Origin: Spirochaetia bacterium
GTDB taxonomy: Bacteria; Spirochaetota; Spirochaetia; UBA9216
Direction of reading: 5' to 3'
Length of the DNA: 64,000 nucleotides
Assembly: GCA_963675665.1 (NCBI GenBank)
Contig: OY776510.1
Coordinates: forward strand, 64,001-128,000
The translations under genes were made by a program, and so were the position numbers. The notes under the pieces were generated by a model that worked only from the letters and a program-made list of their open reading frames with translations, had not been told where the DNA came from and ran no database searches. Every line of letters starts with the position of its first letter. The first letter of the stretch is position 1. Shown one piece after another: positions 41,427-50,787 of the stretch.

Positions 41427-43868
41427 CTAAATACGTATTCCCACAAACCATGTTGGATACATATCAAATGAACCGTATTCATTTTTAAAGGAAAGCGGCT
41501 CAATTCTGTCTATAAATGAGGCTGCGGCATCTTCACCAATCTCAATATTATCTCCATCGAAAACTGTATTGATATAACAATCAAAATTCACGCCTACAAA
41601 GACAGACATAAAATCAAACACCTTCATTCCCGCGGAAAGTCTCAACGCCGGATAAAAATCAGTATTGCCCATTATTATACCCTGTATATTTTCATCAGCG
41701 CCGCCCATTCCGGACATATAGGCTTTGGCGTAGATATCAGTATCTAGATAGAGTAAATCTCCGCCGAGCTCAAGCCCTAACCCAATTCCCAATGATGAAG
41801 CATCAGTCCAGTTCTCGGAAAATCCGGCGTGCATGAATGTGTAAACCGTCGACGTTCCAAGCTGATAGCCGAAGTTTATAAAATCATTATCACTGTACCA
41901 GAAGGACATATCGTTAAGGCCGTTCTCGCTGATGTTTATCAGGCCTATCGGAAGCCCGTGCAGGTCCTCGCTTATATTTATCAGCCCGACCTGCAATCCG
42001 TAAACTTCTCCGCCGAAATTCAGCAAACCGAACTGCCCGCCGCGGACGTCTTCTGCAATATTGATAATGCCTGCTGCCTGTACGCCGTCGACATCCTTTG
42101 CCGCATTGAATACACCGGCCGCCTGGACACCGACAACCTTTTCTTCGGAAATATTAAATACTCCCGAGGACTGAATGCCGGTAACCTTTCCTTCCGCAAT
42201 ATTGAAAACGCCGGCACTTTGAATAAAAGCAATATCATGAGCTGAATTCCAGACGCCGGAAAACTGCCCGCCTGTTACATCACCTTCGGCAGCCGCCCAG
42301 ATACCTCCGATCTGAACTCCGCTGACATCACCTTCAGATGTCGTATATACTCCGGCAATCTGGGCGCCCTGAACATTGCCTTGAACCGAGCCGAAGATCC
42401 CGGCGAGCTGAATACCGTCGAGCTTTCCTTCTACATCCGCACCTATTGCACCAAGCTGTATTCCGTTCAAATTCTCTGCTGAAGCAACTATTCCAAAATC
42501 CATGCCGTAGTCGGTTTTCATCGGTTTGTATTCACGGCTCTCAGCCTGTGGTTTCTGTACCCCGGCGGTTTGAGATGCTGAAGGTCCATCAGTATTTCCA
42601 CTTTCTCCCGTGCTCATTCCTGCAGCTTCAAGCGCTCTCTTTTTTGCTTTTTCAGCTATAATATCGAGTTCTGCTGCAGTATCATTAACTGAGCGTTCTT
42701 CGCTTTCGACGGTGGTTTCGAAATCTGCGGCAGGCTTGTCAAGGCTGCGGCCGTCATCCGCTGCGATATGCGTGCCTCCGCGGACGACATTATTTGAACG
42801 CGGAACAGGATAAAATTCATCCTTCATTACCATTATCTTTGAACCGCCGGCAAGCATGAGATCCGCCGAAAGCAGACGATCGCCGTCGTCGAGGATCATT
42901 GAGTAGCGCCCCGGACCGATTGACACGACAAGCGGAGTACCCTCAATTTTCTTGAGTTCAACTACAAGCCTTCCGGCGCTGTCCCTGACAAAAATCCGTC
43001 CCCGAAGATCTTCCTCAAACATTATCTGCTCCGAAACGGACCTTAAATCGGTCAGGACCAGGTCTCCCGTGCCGGCAAGCTGAATATCGTAACTTGGGTG
43101 TTGCGGCCCGGCGAGGGTGTCTTCCGTTCTCGCAAGAGTTTCCGATGAAGCATAGGAGTATGCTTCATTCAGCGAAACCGTACCGTCAAGGGTTGAATCA
43201 GCAGCGCCGCGAAGGGCCGTTACAAAATAGTGGGTAAAAAAGGAAGCGCCGAGATCATCAGATTCCTGGGCCGCCTCATCCTCCGAACTTGAGGTAAGAA
43301 ATGCATGCCCTGAAGCATTCACGGATTCATCCGAAAGAAACGGAGATTTTCTGATTCCGCCTTTCATGCGTGTAAACGCGCCTGAGGAACATGAGTCAAG
43401 AACCGCAATATTCACATCAGCTTCAACCGAGTCAATTGCATCTTTCAACTCTTCATATTTATAAACCGAATCGCCAAGAAGCAACCCCTCTTCATCGGAA
43501 TGCCCTGAGTAATAAAAGAAAAACTCGGAGCGTTTTATATTATCTGATTTTATACTCTTCTGAATCTCTTTTATTGTGTGATTAACCATCATCGGGGAAG
43601 GATCAGTAAGAATAATACTGTCGGTGGGCATTACTCCGCCCAGCTGCTGCATTACATCGGATACCGTTCTGGCGTCGGTAACGGCATAGGAAAGGGTTAC
43701 ACGATCCCTTCCGCCGTAATTGGAACCGACATAGAGACCGTACCTGCGTAATACTGTATCCTGTGCCGAAACGTTGACTGCGGAAAACAGCATAAGGAAT
43801 GCTATAAACATTATAAGTCCGATCTGGATCGCTATATTTCGAAAAGAATTATTCGTCGTCTTTTTCAT
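41427..43868 (-). CDS. Exported caspase-family (peptidase C14) protein with G.Q.AG..N repeats and a beta-rich C-terminus
   Basis: Signal peptide; catalytic YYSGHS and LDSCSSG; AQESD...SFFT...GAAD...DG.VSL.EAY; about 10 glycine-rich ~17-aa repeats; ends WFVGIRI. Confidence 0.85.
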   Translation of the reverse strand: MKKTTNNSFRNIAIQIGLIMFIAFLMLFSAVNVSAQDTVLRRYGLYVGSNYGGRDRVTLSYAVTDARTVSDVMQQLGGVMPTDSIILTDPSPMMVNHTIKEIQKSIKSDNIKRSEFFFYYSGHSDEEGLLLGDSVYKYEELKDAIDSVEADVNIAVLDSCSSGAFTRMKGGIRKSPFLSDESVNASGHAFLTSSSEDEAAQESDDLGASFFTHYFVTALRGAADSTLDGTVSLNEAYSYASSETLARTEDTLAGPQHPSYDIQLAGTGDLVLTDLRSVSEQIMFEEDLRGRIFVRDSAGRLVVELKKIEGTPLVVSIGPGRYSMILDDGDRLLSADLMLAGGSKIMVMKDEFYPVPRSNNVVRGGTHIAADDGRSLDKPAADFETTVESEERSVNDTAAELDIIAEKAKKRALEAAGMSTGESGNTDGPSASQTAGVQKPQAESREYKPMKTDYGMDFGIVASAENLNGIQLGAIGADVEGKLDGIQLAGIFGSVQGNVQGAQIAGVYTTSEGDVSGVQIGGIWAAAEGDVTGGQFSGVWNSAHDIAFIQSAGVFNIAEGKVTGIQSSGVFNISEEKVVGVQAAGVFNAAKDVDGVQAAGIINIAEDVRGGQFGLLNFGGEVYGLQVGLINISEDLHGLPIGLINISENGLNDMSFWYSDNDFINFGYQLGTSTVYTFMHAGFSENWTDASSLGIGLGLELGGDLLYLDTDIYAKAYMSGMGGADENIQGIIMGNTDFYPALRLSAGMKVFDFMSVFVGVNFDCYINTVFDGDNIEIGEDAAASFIDRIEPLSFKNEYGSFDMYPTWFVGIRI

Positions 43869-44696
43869 CTCTCAGCCCCCTTTTTAAGAAGGATTGTTGT
43901 CTGGTAATAGGTTTCCGGAATATCCAGAAACTCGCGTCTGGAAGAATTACCCTTTGAAGCCAGCTCATAAGCAGCATCAAAGACCTCGTCGATATCAAAA
44001 CTGCTTCCTCCGGTAATGAAGAAAAACCTTTCAAACTCAGGAGCGTCGTCAAGCTCATAAGCATACGGAAGCAGAATAGCTCCGTTATTATCAAGTTCCG
44101 CAGCTATTCCTTTATAAGTCGGAAAATGAAGGGTAACAGTACCGCGTCCGTCAATAGAAAATATCACGCCGTACTTGAAACTTCCTGCAATATATTCAAT
44201 CTGAAGCAGATCTTTTTCATATGCCGTATCACGATTTGCAAGGATTTCCGCCGATTCGCCGGACCTGCGGTAAATTTTCAATGAAGGTTTCAACCCCTTT
44301 ATTCGTTCGGCAGATAACCCCTCCGAGGCTTCAATCATTGCTCCGGTACTTGTTGCAGGGCCGTTATAGAAGCTGATGCCCAAAACCAGAGCAAGAACGG
44401 CTGCAGCCGCTATCACGGAAAAACGGACCGCTTTAAAAGCGTTAAACGGCTTAATTTTATCATTGTCTTCAACATCTGAATTTTCTGTATCCGAATCATC
44501 AAGCCTGGCTTTAATTTTCGCTGCCATTTGCTCAGGTTTATATTTTTTAAGTATTTCCGCATCTGAAATTTCAAGACGCTCCAACTCACGCTTCAGTTCA
44601 TCCTGATCCGGATAACCGGCTTCAAGCGCCCTCTTTTCATCTTCGGTTAATTCACCCAATCTGTATTTCTCAAGTAAAAGATTTCCGGGTTTCATT
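43865..44696 (-). CDS. Single-pass membrane protein, putative anti-sigma factor (ActD-like/DUF4384-type C-domain)
   Basis: LE.YRLGEL N-terminus, one TM helix, then RIKG, YGVIFSIDGRG.VTLHFP and AYELDDAPEFERFFF; between the sigma factor and the caspase. Likely start MKPGN after AGGAGG. Confidence 0.7.
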
Positions 44697-44791
44697 GATT
44701 TATCCTCCTGTTTCTCCGGGGGCGAATGTTCATGAAACAAACTTCTGAAGAAAATTGAATCGAAGGCGCTTGCGCCTGAGAGGCAATTTCC

Positions 44792-45283
44792 TTACTCCCC
44801 CTTAAAGGCCAGTCCCCGCTCTCTGAGGCCTCTCAGCCTCTTACGGACTCCGGAAACCGACATTTCCATCATGTCTGCGGTTTGTTCAAGCGTATAACCG
44901 TCCACATAATGCAGAACAGCCATTGTTCTTGTTGTTTCTTTCTCACTCGCAAACAGCTGTTCAAGAAAATGCCCGGTAAGAACGACTTCTTCATGATCCC
45001 TGAATCCGCTTTCAAACGCTGCGATAGTATCAAGCATCTCGTTTCCGTCGTTCACAAAACGGCTGCGGTTTTTCCGCAGTTCATTCAGACAGATATTGGT
45101 TGCAATAGTGTAAAGCAGGCTGGACGGCGCGCGGTCGTCCAGAACGTCGGCTTTTTGCAGAACCTTCACAAAAACTTCCTGCATGGCATCAAGAGCCTGC
45201 TCTTCATTCTTCAGAAGAGACCGGCAGCGGCGAAGTACCATCGGGCCGTATTTTGTGTAAAACTGTTCAACATCAATCTTCAA
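44792..45283 (-). CDS. ECF (sigma70 group 4) sigma factor
   Basis: YGPMVLRRC..LL..E..A.DAMQEVF, LY.IATN.CLN.LR and region 4 G.T.E.TA....S...VRKRL; likely start TTG 45283. Confidence 0.88.
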   Translation of the reverse strand: MKIDVEQFYTKYGPMVLRRCRSLLKNEEQALDAMQEVFVKVLQKADVLDDRAPSSLLYTIATNICLNELRKNRSRFVNDGNEMLDTIAAFESGFRDHEEVVLTGHFLEQLFASEKETTRTMAVLHYVDGYTLEQTADMMEMSVSGVRKRLRGLRERGLAFKGE

Positions 45284-45381
45284 GAATTCCGTTCCTTCCC
45301 ATTGTCTATATATTGAACACGCTAAATGAGGATAAGTGTTACCTGATAATAACATTTTTACCAATAATTATGTTGGAAGAC

Positions 45382-45768
45382 TTAATTTATTTTATCGCCG
45401 TTGATATAAATATTAAAACCGTTTGTGGTAATATTTCCGGTTGATCCTGTCAGTTCCGACAGATATGTATCACCGTTTAAAACTCATTTACTGGTTTCAT
45501 CGATATTTACAGTAATGCAGCCTCCGGAGTTTTCCGCATTTTTTGTTCCTTCGTATACCGTACCGTCGGCGCCTTCATTCTGAACTATCCCCTATTCATA
45601 GAGATCGTCCACGATTATGTTTAAGTCGGAAGTATTTTCATCAAGGTCATAAAAATATTCAGACGAGCTGTTAACTGCCGGTTCTGTTTCAGATACTGAG
45701 GGATTTGTATTGTTGTTACTCCTGTCCAAGGTATACAGCAAATATAACAAACCAGTTAAAAAGAAGAG
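45382..45768 (-). pseudogene. Remnant of an exported beta-helix/adhesin-like gene with two in-frame stops
   Basis: Manual translation: ...DDLYE*GIVQNEGADGTVYEG...ITVNIDETSK*VLNGDTYLSELTGSTGNITTNGFNIYINGDKIN*. Stops are TAG at 45592-94 and TGA at 45484-86. Confidence 0.55.
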
Positions 45769-45817
45769 TTAATGAAGTGTAAATAGAGTGCAAACAACGT
45801 AAAAACGTGAATAGTGT

Positions 45818-47737
45818 CTATTTATTCTTGATTTTTTTGAATTTCCCGCTCCTGATTTCTTTCGCCGCAAGCCTTACGCCTGCAGCCTTTACGCCTTTTA
45901 CAAGATAGTCATCCACGGGAAAGCTTTCTTCAAGAACTTTCAGCCTCGGTTTAGGTTTATAATTAAGTTTTACCGCTTCACCATCTTTCGTGGACAATTT
46001 TAGAATGGTACAGCCGTCAGGAACAAGTTCATATGATTTATCCAGGATGAATTTTTCAATCTTGCACCGTTTCAGATGGGCATATCCGGTTTTATCATTC
46101 TTATAGATAATATTGAATATCCTCCCGGCCATTTCATCCTTTTCCGCAAGCCCGCAGAAGAGCATACCCTTATCTACAAAAAGTTTGTCCGGAACATCGG
46201 TAACTGAGTAAACGCCGCTCTTCCTGATAATCAGGATTCTGTCATAGCTGGAAACATTAAACAGGACTTTCCCCGACTTAACCTCATGTCCGAGATACCC
46301 TGTTTGATCATCGTAGCACAAAGTCAGATTCCGCTGGGCGGCTTCACGCACATCAACCTTATCAAAAGCGAGAATCTCCGTCCTGCGTCTCTGCTCAACG
46401 GTTACTCCTTCCAGCAGCTGGTCCACAAATGAAACGGCATAGCTTATAATATTTTTCAGATGATGTCTTACCTGCTTCAACCTGTCGTTAAGCTGCTGCA
46501 TCTCTTCCCGAGCCTTGTTGATATCGTAAAGAGATATCCGGCGTATCGGAATCTTAAGCAGACGTTCAACATCTTCCTCGGTAACTTCCCGTTTTATTTC
46601 ACTCTGAAAGGGTTTAAAACCTTCTATTACGGTATCTATAACACCTTTTCGCGTTTTCATCTGCTCAATTCGTTTGTAGATTCGTTCTTCGATAAATATC
46701 CGTTCAAGAGTCCGGGCATGTATCTTGTCTTTAAGGCCCCTTTCTTCAAGTTTGAGTTCATCCGTTAAGACCTCAACAATCTGTTTCGCATAGTAGCGGA
46801 TAACTTCGGTTACAGTCATCTGGGTAGGAAGACCGTTTTTAATTACAAGAAGATTTACCGAGATTGAAACCTCGCAATCGGTAAAAGCGTATAATGAATC
46901 AACTACCTCATTGGTGTATGCGCCGCGGGCCAGCTTTATTTCAATTTCCGCCTTCTCGGTTGTATAGTCGGTAATTCCGGAAACTTTTATCTTGTTGCGG
47001 CGGGCGGCGTTCTCGATCGAATTCATCAGGGTTTCGGTAGTCGTGCCGAAAGGGATTTCCCTGATTACTATACGTTTGGGATCCTTCGTATCAAGCTTTG
47101 CCCTCACGAGGATTTTGCCGTTTCCGTCTTCATAATCGGATACATCGACCAGACCGCCCGTCGGGAAATCCGGGTAAAGTTGAAACGCCTTGTTATTAAG
47201 GCAGGCCTTTAACGCTTCAAGTACTTCTTCATAGTTGTGCGGAAGTATCTTTGTCGACATTCCTACCGCAATTCCTTCGGCGCCGTGCACAAGCACAACA
47301 GGTATCTTTGAACGGAATGCGACCGGTTCTTTATTCCGCCCGTCATAAGAATCTACATATTCTGTAATATCCGGGTTGTAAAGCACCTTTTTTGCCAGCG
47401 GAAGCGCCCGGCACTCGATATATCTTGATGCTGAAGCCGGATCTCCCGTAAGAATATTACCGAAATTACCCTGCTTCTCTATGAATAAATCCTTATTGGC
47501 CAGTACCACAAGGGCCGAATATATCGAAGCGTCTCCATGAGGATGATATTTCATGCAATGCCCGACTATATTTGCAACTTTATGAAACTTCCCGTCGTCC
47601 ACCTCGAAAAGCGAATGCAGAATCCTTCGCTGGACCGGTTTTAATCCGTCCGCTATATCGGGGATTGCCCTGTCCTTGATAACGTATGAGGCGTACTCAA
47701 GAAAATTGCTGTTGAATACTGTTTTTGCGTATGCCAT
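45818..47737 (-). CDS. parC: DNA topoisomerase IV subunit A (short type)
   Basis: RAIPD..DGLKPVQRRIL, YHPHGD, ASRYIE catalytic Tyr and PDFPTGG; no GyrA box seen. Confidence 0.9.
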   Translation of the reverse strand: MAYAKTVFNSNFLEYASYVIKDRAIPDIADGLKPVQRRILHSLFEVDDGKFHKVANIVGHCMKYHPHGDASIYSALVVLANKDLFIEKQGNFGNILTGDPASASRYIECRALPLAKKVLYNPDITEYVDSYDGRNKEPVAFRSKIPVVLVHGAEGIAVGMSTKILPHNYEEVLEALKACLNNKAFQLYPDFPTGGLVDVSDYEDGNGKILVRAKLDTKDPKRIVIREIPFGTTTETLMNSIENAARRNKIKVSGITDYTTEKAEIEIKLARGAYTNEVVDSLYAFTDCEVSISVNLLVIKNGLPTQMTVTEVIRYYAKQIVEVLTDELKLEERGLKDKIHARTLERIFIEERIYKRIEQMKTRKGVIDTVIEGFKPFQSEIKREVTEEDVERLLKIPIRRISLYDINKAREEMQQLNDRLKQVRHHLKNIISYAVSFVDQLLEGVTVEQRRRTEILAFDKVDVREAAQRNLTLCYDDQTGYLGHEVKSGKVLFNVSSYDRILIIRKSGVYSVTDVPDKLFVDKGMLFCGLAEKDEMAGRIFNIIYKNDKTGYAHLKRCKIEKFILDKSYELVPDGCTILKLSTKDGEAVKLNYKPKPRLKVLEESFPVDDYLVKGVKAAGVRLAAKEIRSGKFKKIKNK

Positions 47738-49533
47738 CAGATAAGGTTCTCCATAATAAAACTGCGGCGGGCAGGCGTATTCTTACCCATGAAAAATTCC
47801 AGCGTATCGGGGATATCTTTCATTGTCTTAATGTTAACCTTAACCAGCCTCATATCTTCTCCAATAAACTGCCCGAATTCTTTGGGTGAAATCTCTCCAA
47901 GGCCTTTAAAGCGTGTAATCTCCGCTCCTGAAATGGAATCCGAAGCTTCATCCCGCTCCTTGTTGTTATAGCAGTACCGGGTCTCTTTCTTGTTTCTTAC
48001 CCGGAACAATGGTGTTTCAAGGATATATACATGCCCTGCGCTTACAAGTTCTTCAAAAAAACTTAAAAAGAAGGTCATCAGAAGATTCCTGATATGAAAC
48101 CCGTCGTAATCAGCATCTGTGGCGATTATCAGCCTGTTATAGCGCAGGTTCTCAACATCATTCTCAATACCCAGCGCCATCATCAGGTTGAAAAGCTCTT
48201 CATTCTTGTATATTGCAGCTTTTGTTTTACCGAAAACATTGAACGGCTTTCCCCGAAGGCTGAAAACCGCCTGGGAATAAACGTCACGAGCGGAGACAAT
48301 GGAACCCGATGCAGATTGACCCTCGGTAATAAAAATCATTGAGCTGTCGCCTTTTTTATCGCCGAGATGATATTTGCAGTCTTTAAGATTCGGAATTTTC
48401 AGCGCTACTTTCTTGGCGGCTTCGCGGGCTTCTTTCTTTACGGCATTAAGTTCCTTGCGCAGTTTTTCATTGCTGATTATCTTGTTCTCAAGTTTCTTTG
48501 CCGCTTCCTTGTTCTTGTGCAGGAAGTCGACAACGCCTGATTTAACCTCATTTACAAGCCAGCCCCGAATTTCCGTGTTGCCCAGCTTGTTCTTTGTCTG
48601 GCTTTCAAACACAGGGTTCTGAAGCTTGATGGCCACCGCACCGGCAAGTCCGTCGCGCGCATCTACACCTGAATAATTCTTTTTATAAAATTCGTTTACT
48701 CCCTTCAGAAACCCTTCGCGAAATGCGCTCTGATGGGTTCCTCCGTCTGAAGTATACTGGCCGTTAACAAAAGAGAAATAATTTTCCCCGTAGGTATTTG
48801 TATGTGCAAAAGCGAATTCCAGCTTATCACTTCGGTGATAGCCTATATCATAAATAGTAGTCTCGCCGACTTCGGAATCCAGCAGATCAAGCAGACCATT
48901 CTTTGATTCATACTTCTGCTTGTTAAGGTACAGCGTCAAACCGCTGTTCAGGTAGGCGTAGTTCCAGATCCGCTGATCGATAAATTCGAAATTGTAGCTG
49001 TATTCGCCGAAAATCTCCGGATCGGGAACAAACTCAACATAAGTGCCGTCGGCTTCCTTCTCTGTTTTGCCCTGCCGTTTTTTCTTTAAATTCCCACGTT
49101 CAAAAACAGCTTCAAAAAACTTGCCGTCGCGAAACGATACAACACGAAAATATTCCGATAATGCATTAACAGCCTTTGTGCCGACACCGTTCAGGCCGAC
49201 CGAAAACTGAAACACGTCGTCATTGTATTTGGCGCCGGTATTAATAACCGATACGCAGTCAATAACCTTGCCGAGGGGAATGCCGCGCCCGTAGTCACGA
49301 ATCTTGACCCGGCTGCCTTCAACATTTACGATAATCCTGGAACCGTTTCCCATTATGAATTCGTCAATTGAGTTGTCGATTACTTCTTTCAGAAGAACAT
49401 ATATTCCGTCGTCGAGATTTGTTCCGTCTCCGAGCCGGCCGATATACATACCTGTACGCAAACGGATATGCTCAAGCGAGCTTAGAGTCTTTATTTTACT
49501 TTCATCGTATGTTGTGTTCTTAGCTTTTGCCAT
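47737..49533 (-). CDS. parE: DNA topoisomerase IV subunit B
   Basis: EVIDNSIDE, DYGRGIP, GLNGVG, TEGQSA, LRGK, TDADYDG and RFKGLGE. Confidence 0.9.
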   Translation of the reverse strand: MAKAKNTTYDESKIKTLSSLEHIRLRTGMYIGRLGDGTNLDDGIYVLLKEVIDNSIDEFIMGNGSRIIVNVEGSRVKIRDYGRGIPLGKVIDCVSVINTGAKYNDDVFQFSVGLNGVGTKAVNALSEYFRVVSFRDGKFFEAVFERGNLKKKRQGKTEKEADGTYVEFVPDPEIFGEYSYNFEFIDQRIWNYAYLNSGLTLYLNKQKYESKNGLLDLLDSEVGETTIYDIGYHRSDKLEFAFAHTNTYGENYFSFVNGQYTSDGGTHQSAFREGFLKGVNEFYKKNYSGVDARDGLAGAVAIKLQNPVFESQTKNKLGNTEIRGWLVNEVKSGVVDFLHKNKEAAKKLENKIISNEKLRKELNAVKKEAREAAKKVALKIPNLKDCKYHLGDKKGDSSMIFITEGQSASGSIVSARDVYSQAVFSLRGKPFNVFGKTKAAIYKNEELFNLMMALGIENDVENLRYNRLIIATDADYDGFHIRNLLMTFFLSFFEELVSAGHVYILETPLFRVRNKKETRYCYNNKERDEASDSISGAEITRFKGLGEISPKEFGQFIGEDMRLVKVNIKTMKDIPDTLEFFMGKNTPARRSFIMENLI

Positions 49534-49668
49534 TGAGTATTTTAAATCTCCCCCAGTCTGATTACTATTTTATCACTTATCAGTCCGGGATTCAAGAATG
49601 AGATTTTAAAAGAATGAACAGAGATTTATAATATGGAGATCTCCAGGCTTTAAAATGTTTATTTCGTC

Positions 49669-50703
49669 CTATTGATCGATATACTCTTCGCTCAGGATAT
49701 TATAGCAAAGATATTCAGGGAATTTCTTTCTGAGGGAAGACACAAGCACCTTCGAATCCATATCGGAAAAGAACGGCCGGGTCGGATTGACCGTTATTGC
49801 AAGCGTATTGACCGAATCAAAGACCCTCAGGCTTATTCCTTTTTTCTCCATTTTACCCTGCAGACGTGAATTTAAAAACAGGCGAGTGCTGTCTTTAATA
49901 ATTACACTTAAATCCCGTCCCCGATCGCTGTTCAGAATCTGCTCTGCACGCTTATCGGTAAGCGCCCCCGACAGAACAACCGCCCTTACGGAGTTTTCCT
50001 TTCCCAGTCCGGAGATCGCCTCATCAGCATTGCCGGCTTGCAGAACACTGCCGTCGTCGGTTATACAGCCGCTTTTTTGAGATACAAATAAATCCCGGGC
50101 GATTTCCACAAGATCCGGATCATCTAGTTCCGGTACCTTTAATTTTGATACAGCCTCTTCAGTATGCCTGACTACATCGTCTTCGGTCATTCCGAGAACA
50201 GCGCCTGTGGAGAGTATACATGCATCCGAGATCAGCGGAACTGCAGAACTTCGCCTGTCCAGCGCTCCGTCGATTAAAACCAGATCGGACTGCCGTTCCA
50301 GCAAAGGTATTATTTTTAATAATCCGGCAACCGTGTTCACTCCGATCAACTCGGCCATGCCCCCGTTGGAACCGCTGGTATATACTTTTGTCTCTCCGAA
50401 AACCGTAAAAAGGCCTGTGCCGGTTTCGGATTTAATATCAATCACAGCCGGATTAATAAAGCGTTCGGCCGTTACAAAAAGTGTATTCGGCGGTACATGT
50501 ATACGTGGTTTTTCCAGCAGGGTTATTGCATCAACCGATTCCCCATCCCGCCCGAACGAGATGAGCGCCGGTTTAAGCCCTACGGTCCGGCACTCCGCAA
50601 TAAGTGTATTGAAGGTAACTGTTTTACCTGTATTTTTTGCAAGACCAATAACCGATAACCGTTTAATTTTCTTCTCAATAATTCTGTCAACTAATCTTGC
50701 CAC
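49669..50703 (-). CDS. kamB: KamB-like P-loop protein (putative lysine 5,6-aminomutase reactivase component)
   Basis: GLAKNTGKT, GRDGE..D..T...KP.I and LIDGALDR motifs, recalled from the protein found beside kamDE; last gene of the kam operon. Likely start GTG 50703. Confidence 0.6.
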   Translation of the reverse strand: MARLVDRIIEKKIKRLSVIGLAKNTGKTVTFNTLIAECRTVGLKPALISFGRDGESVDAITLLEKPRIHVPPNTLFVTAERFINPAVIDIKSETGTGLFTVFGETKVYTSGSNGGMAELIGVNTVAGLLKIIPLLERQSDLVLIDGALDRRSSAVPLISDACILSTGAVLGMTEDDVVRHTEEAVSKLKVPELDDPDLVEIARDLFVSQKSGCITDDGSVLQAGNADEAISGLGKENSVRAVVLSGALTDKRAEQILNSDRGRDLSVIIKDSTRLFLNSRLQGKMEKKGISLRVFDSVNTLAITVNPTRPFFSDMDSKVLVSSLRKKFPEYLCYNILSEEYIDQ

Positions 50704-50787
50704 TATCAATCCCGCAATGTAAAAATAAGCGGCGGGCCGGACGAAGCACAGCCCCCGCAGAGACATTTTATAATCTATTATATTGCA

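Noticed and set aside
45484-45594. Selenocysteine/pyrrolysine or alternative-code read-through of the TGA and TAG
   Set aside because: Both stops sit where Trp fits, other genes in the window end normally in TGA or TAG, and the frame lacks a clear start; decay is simpler.
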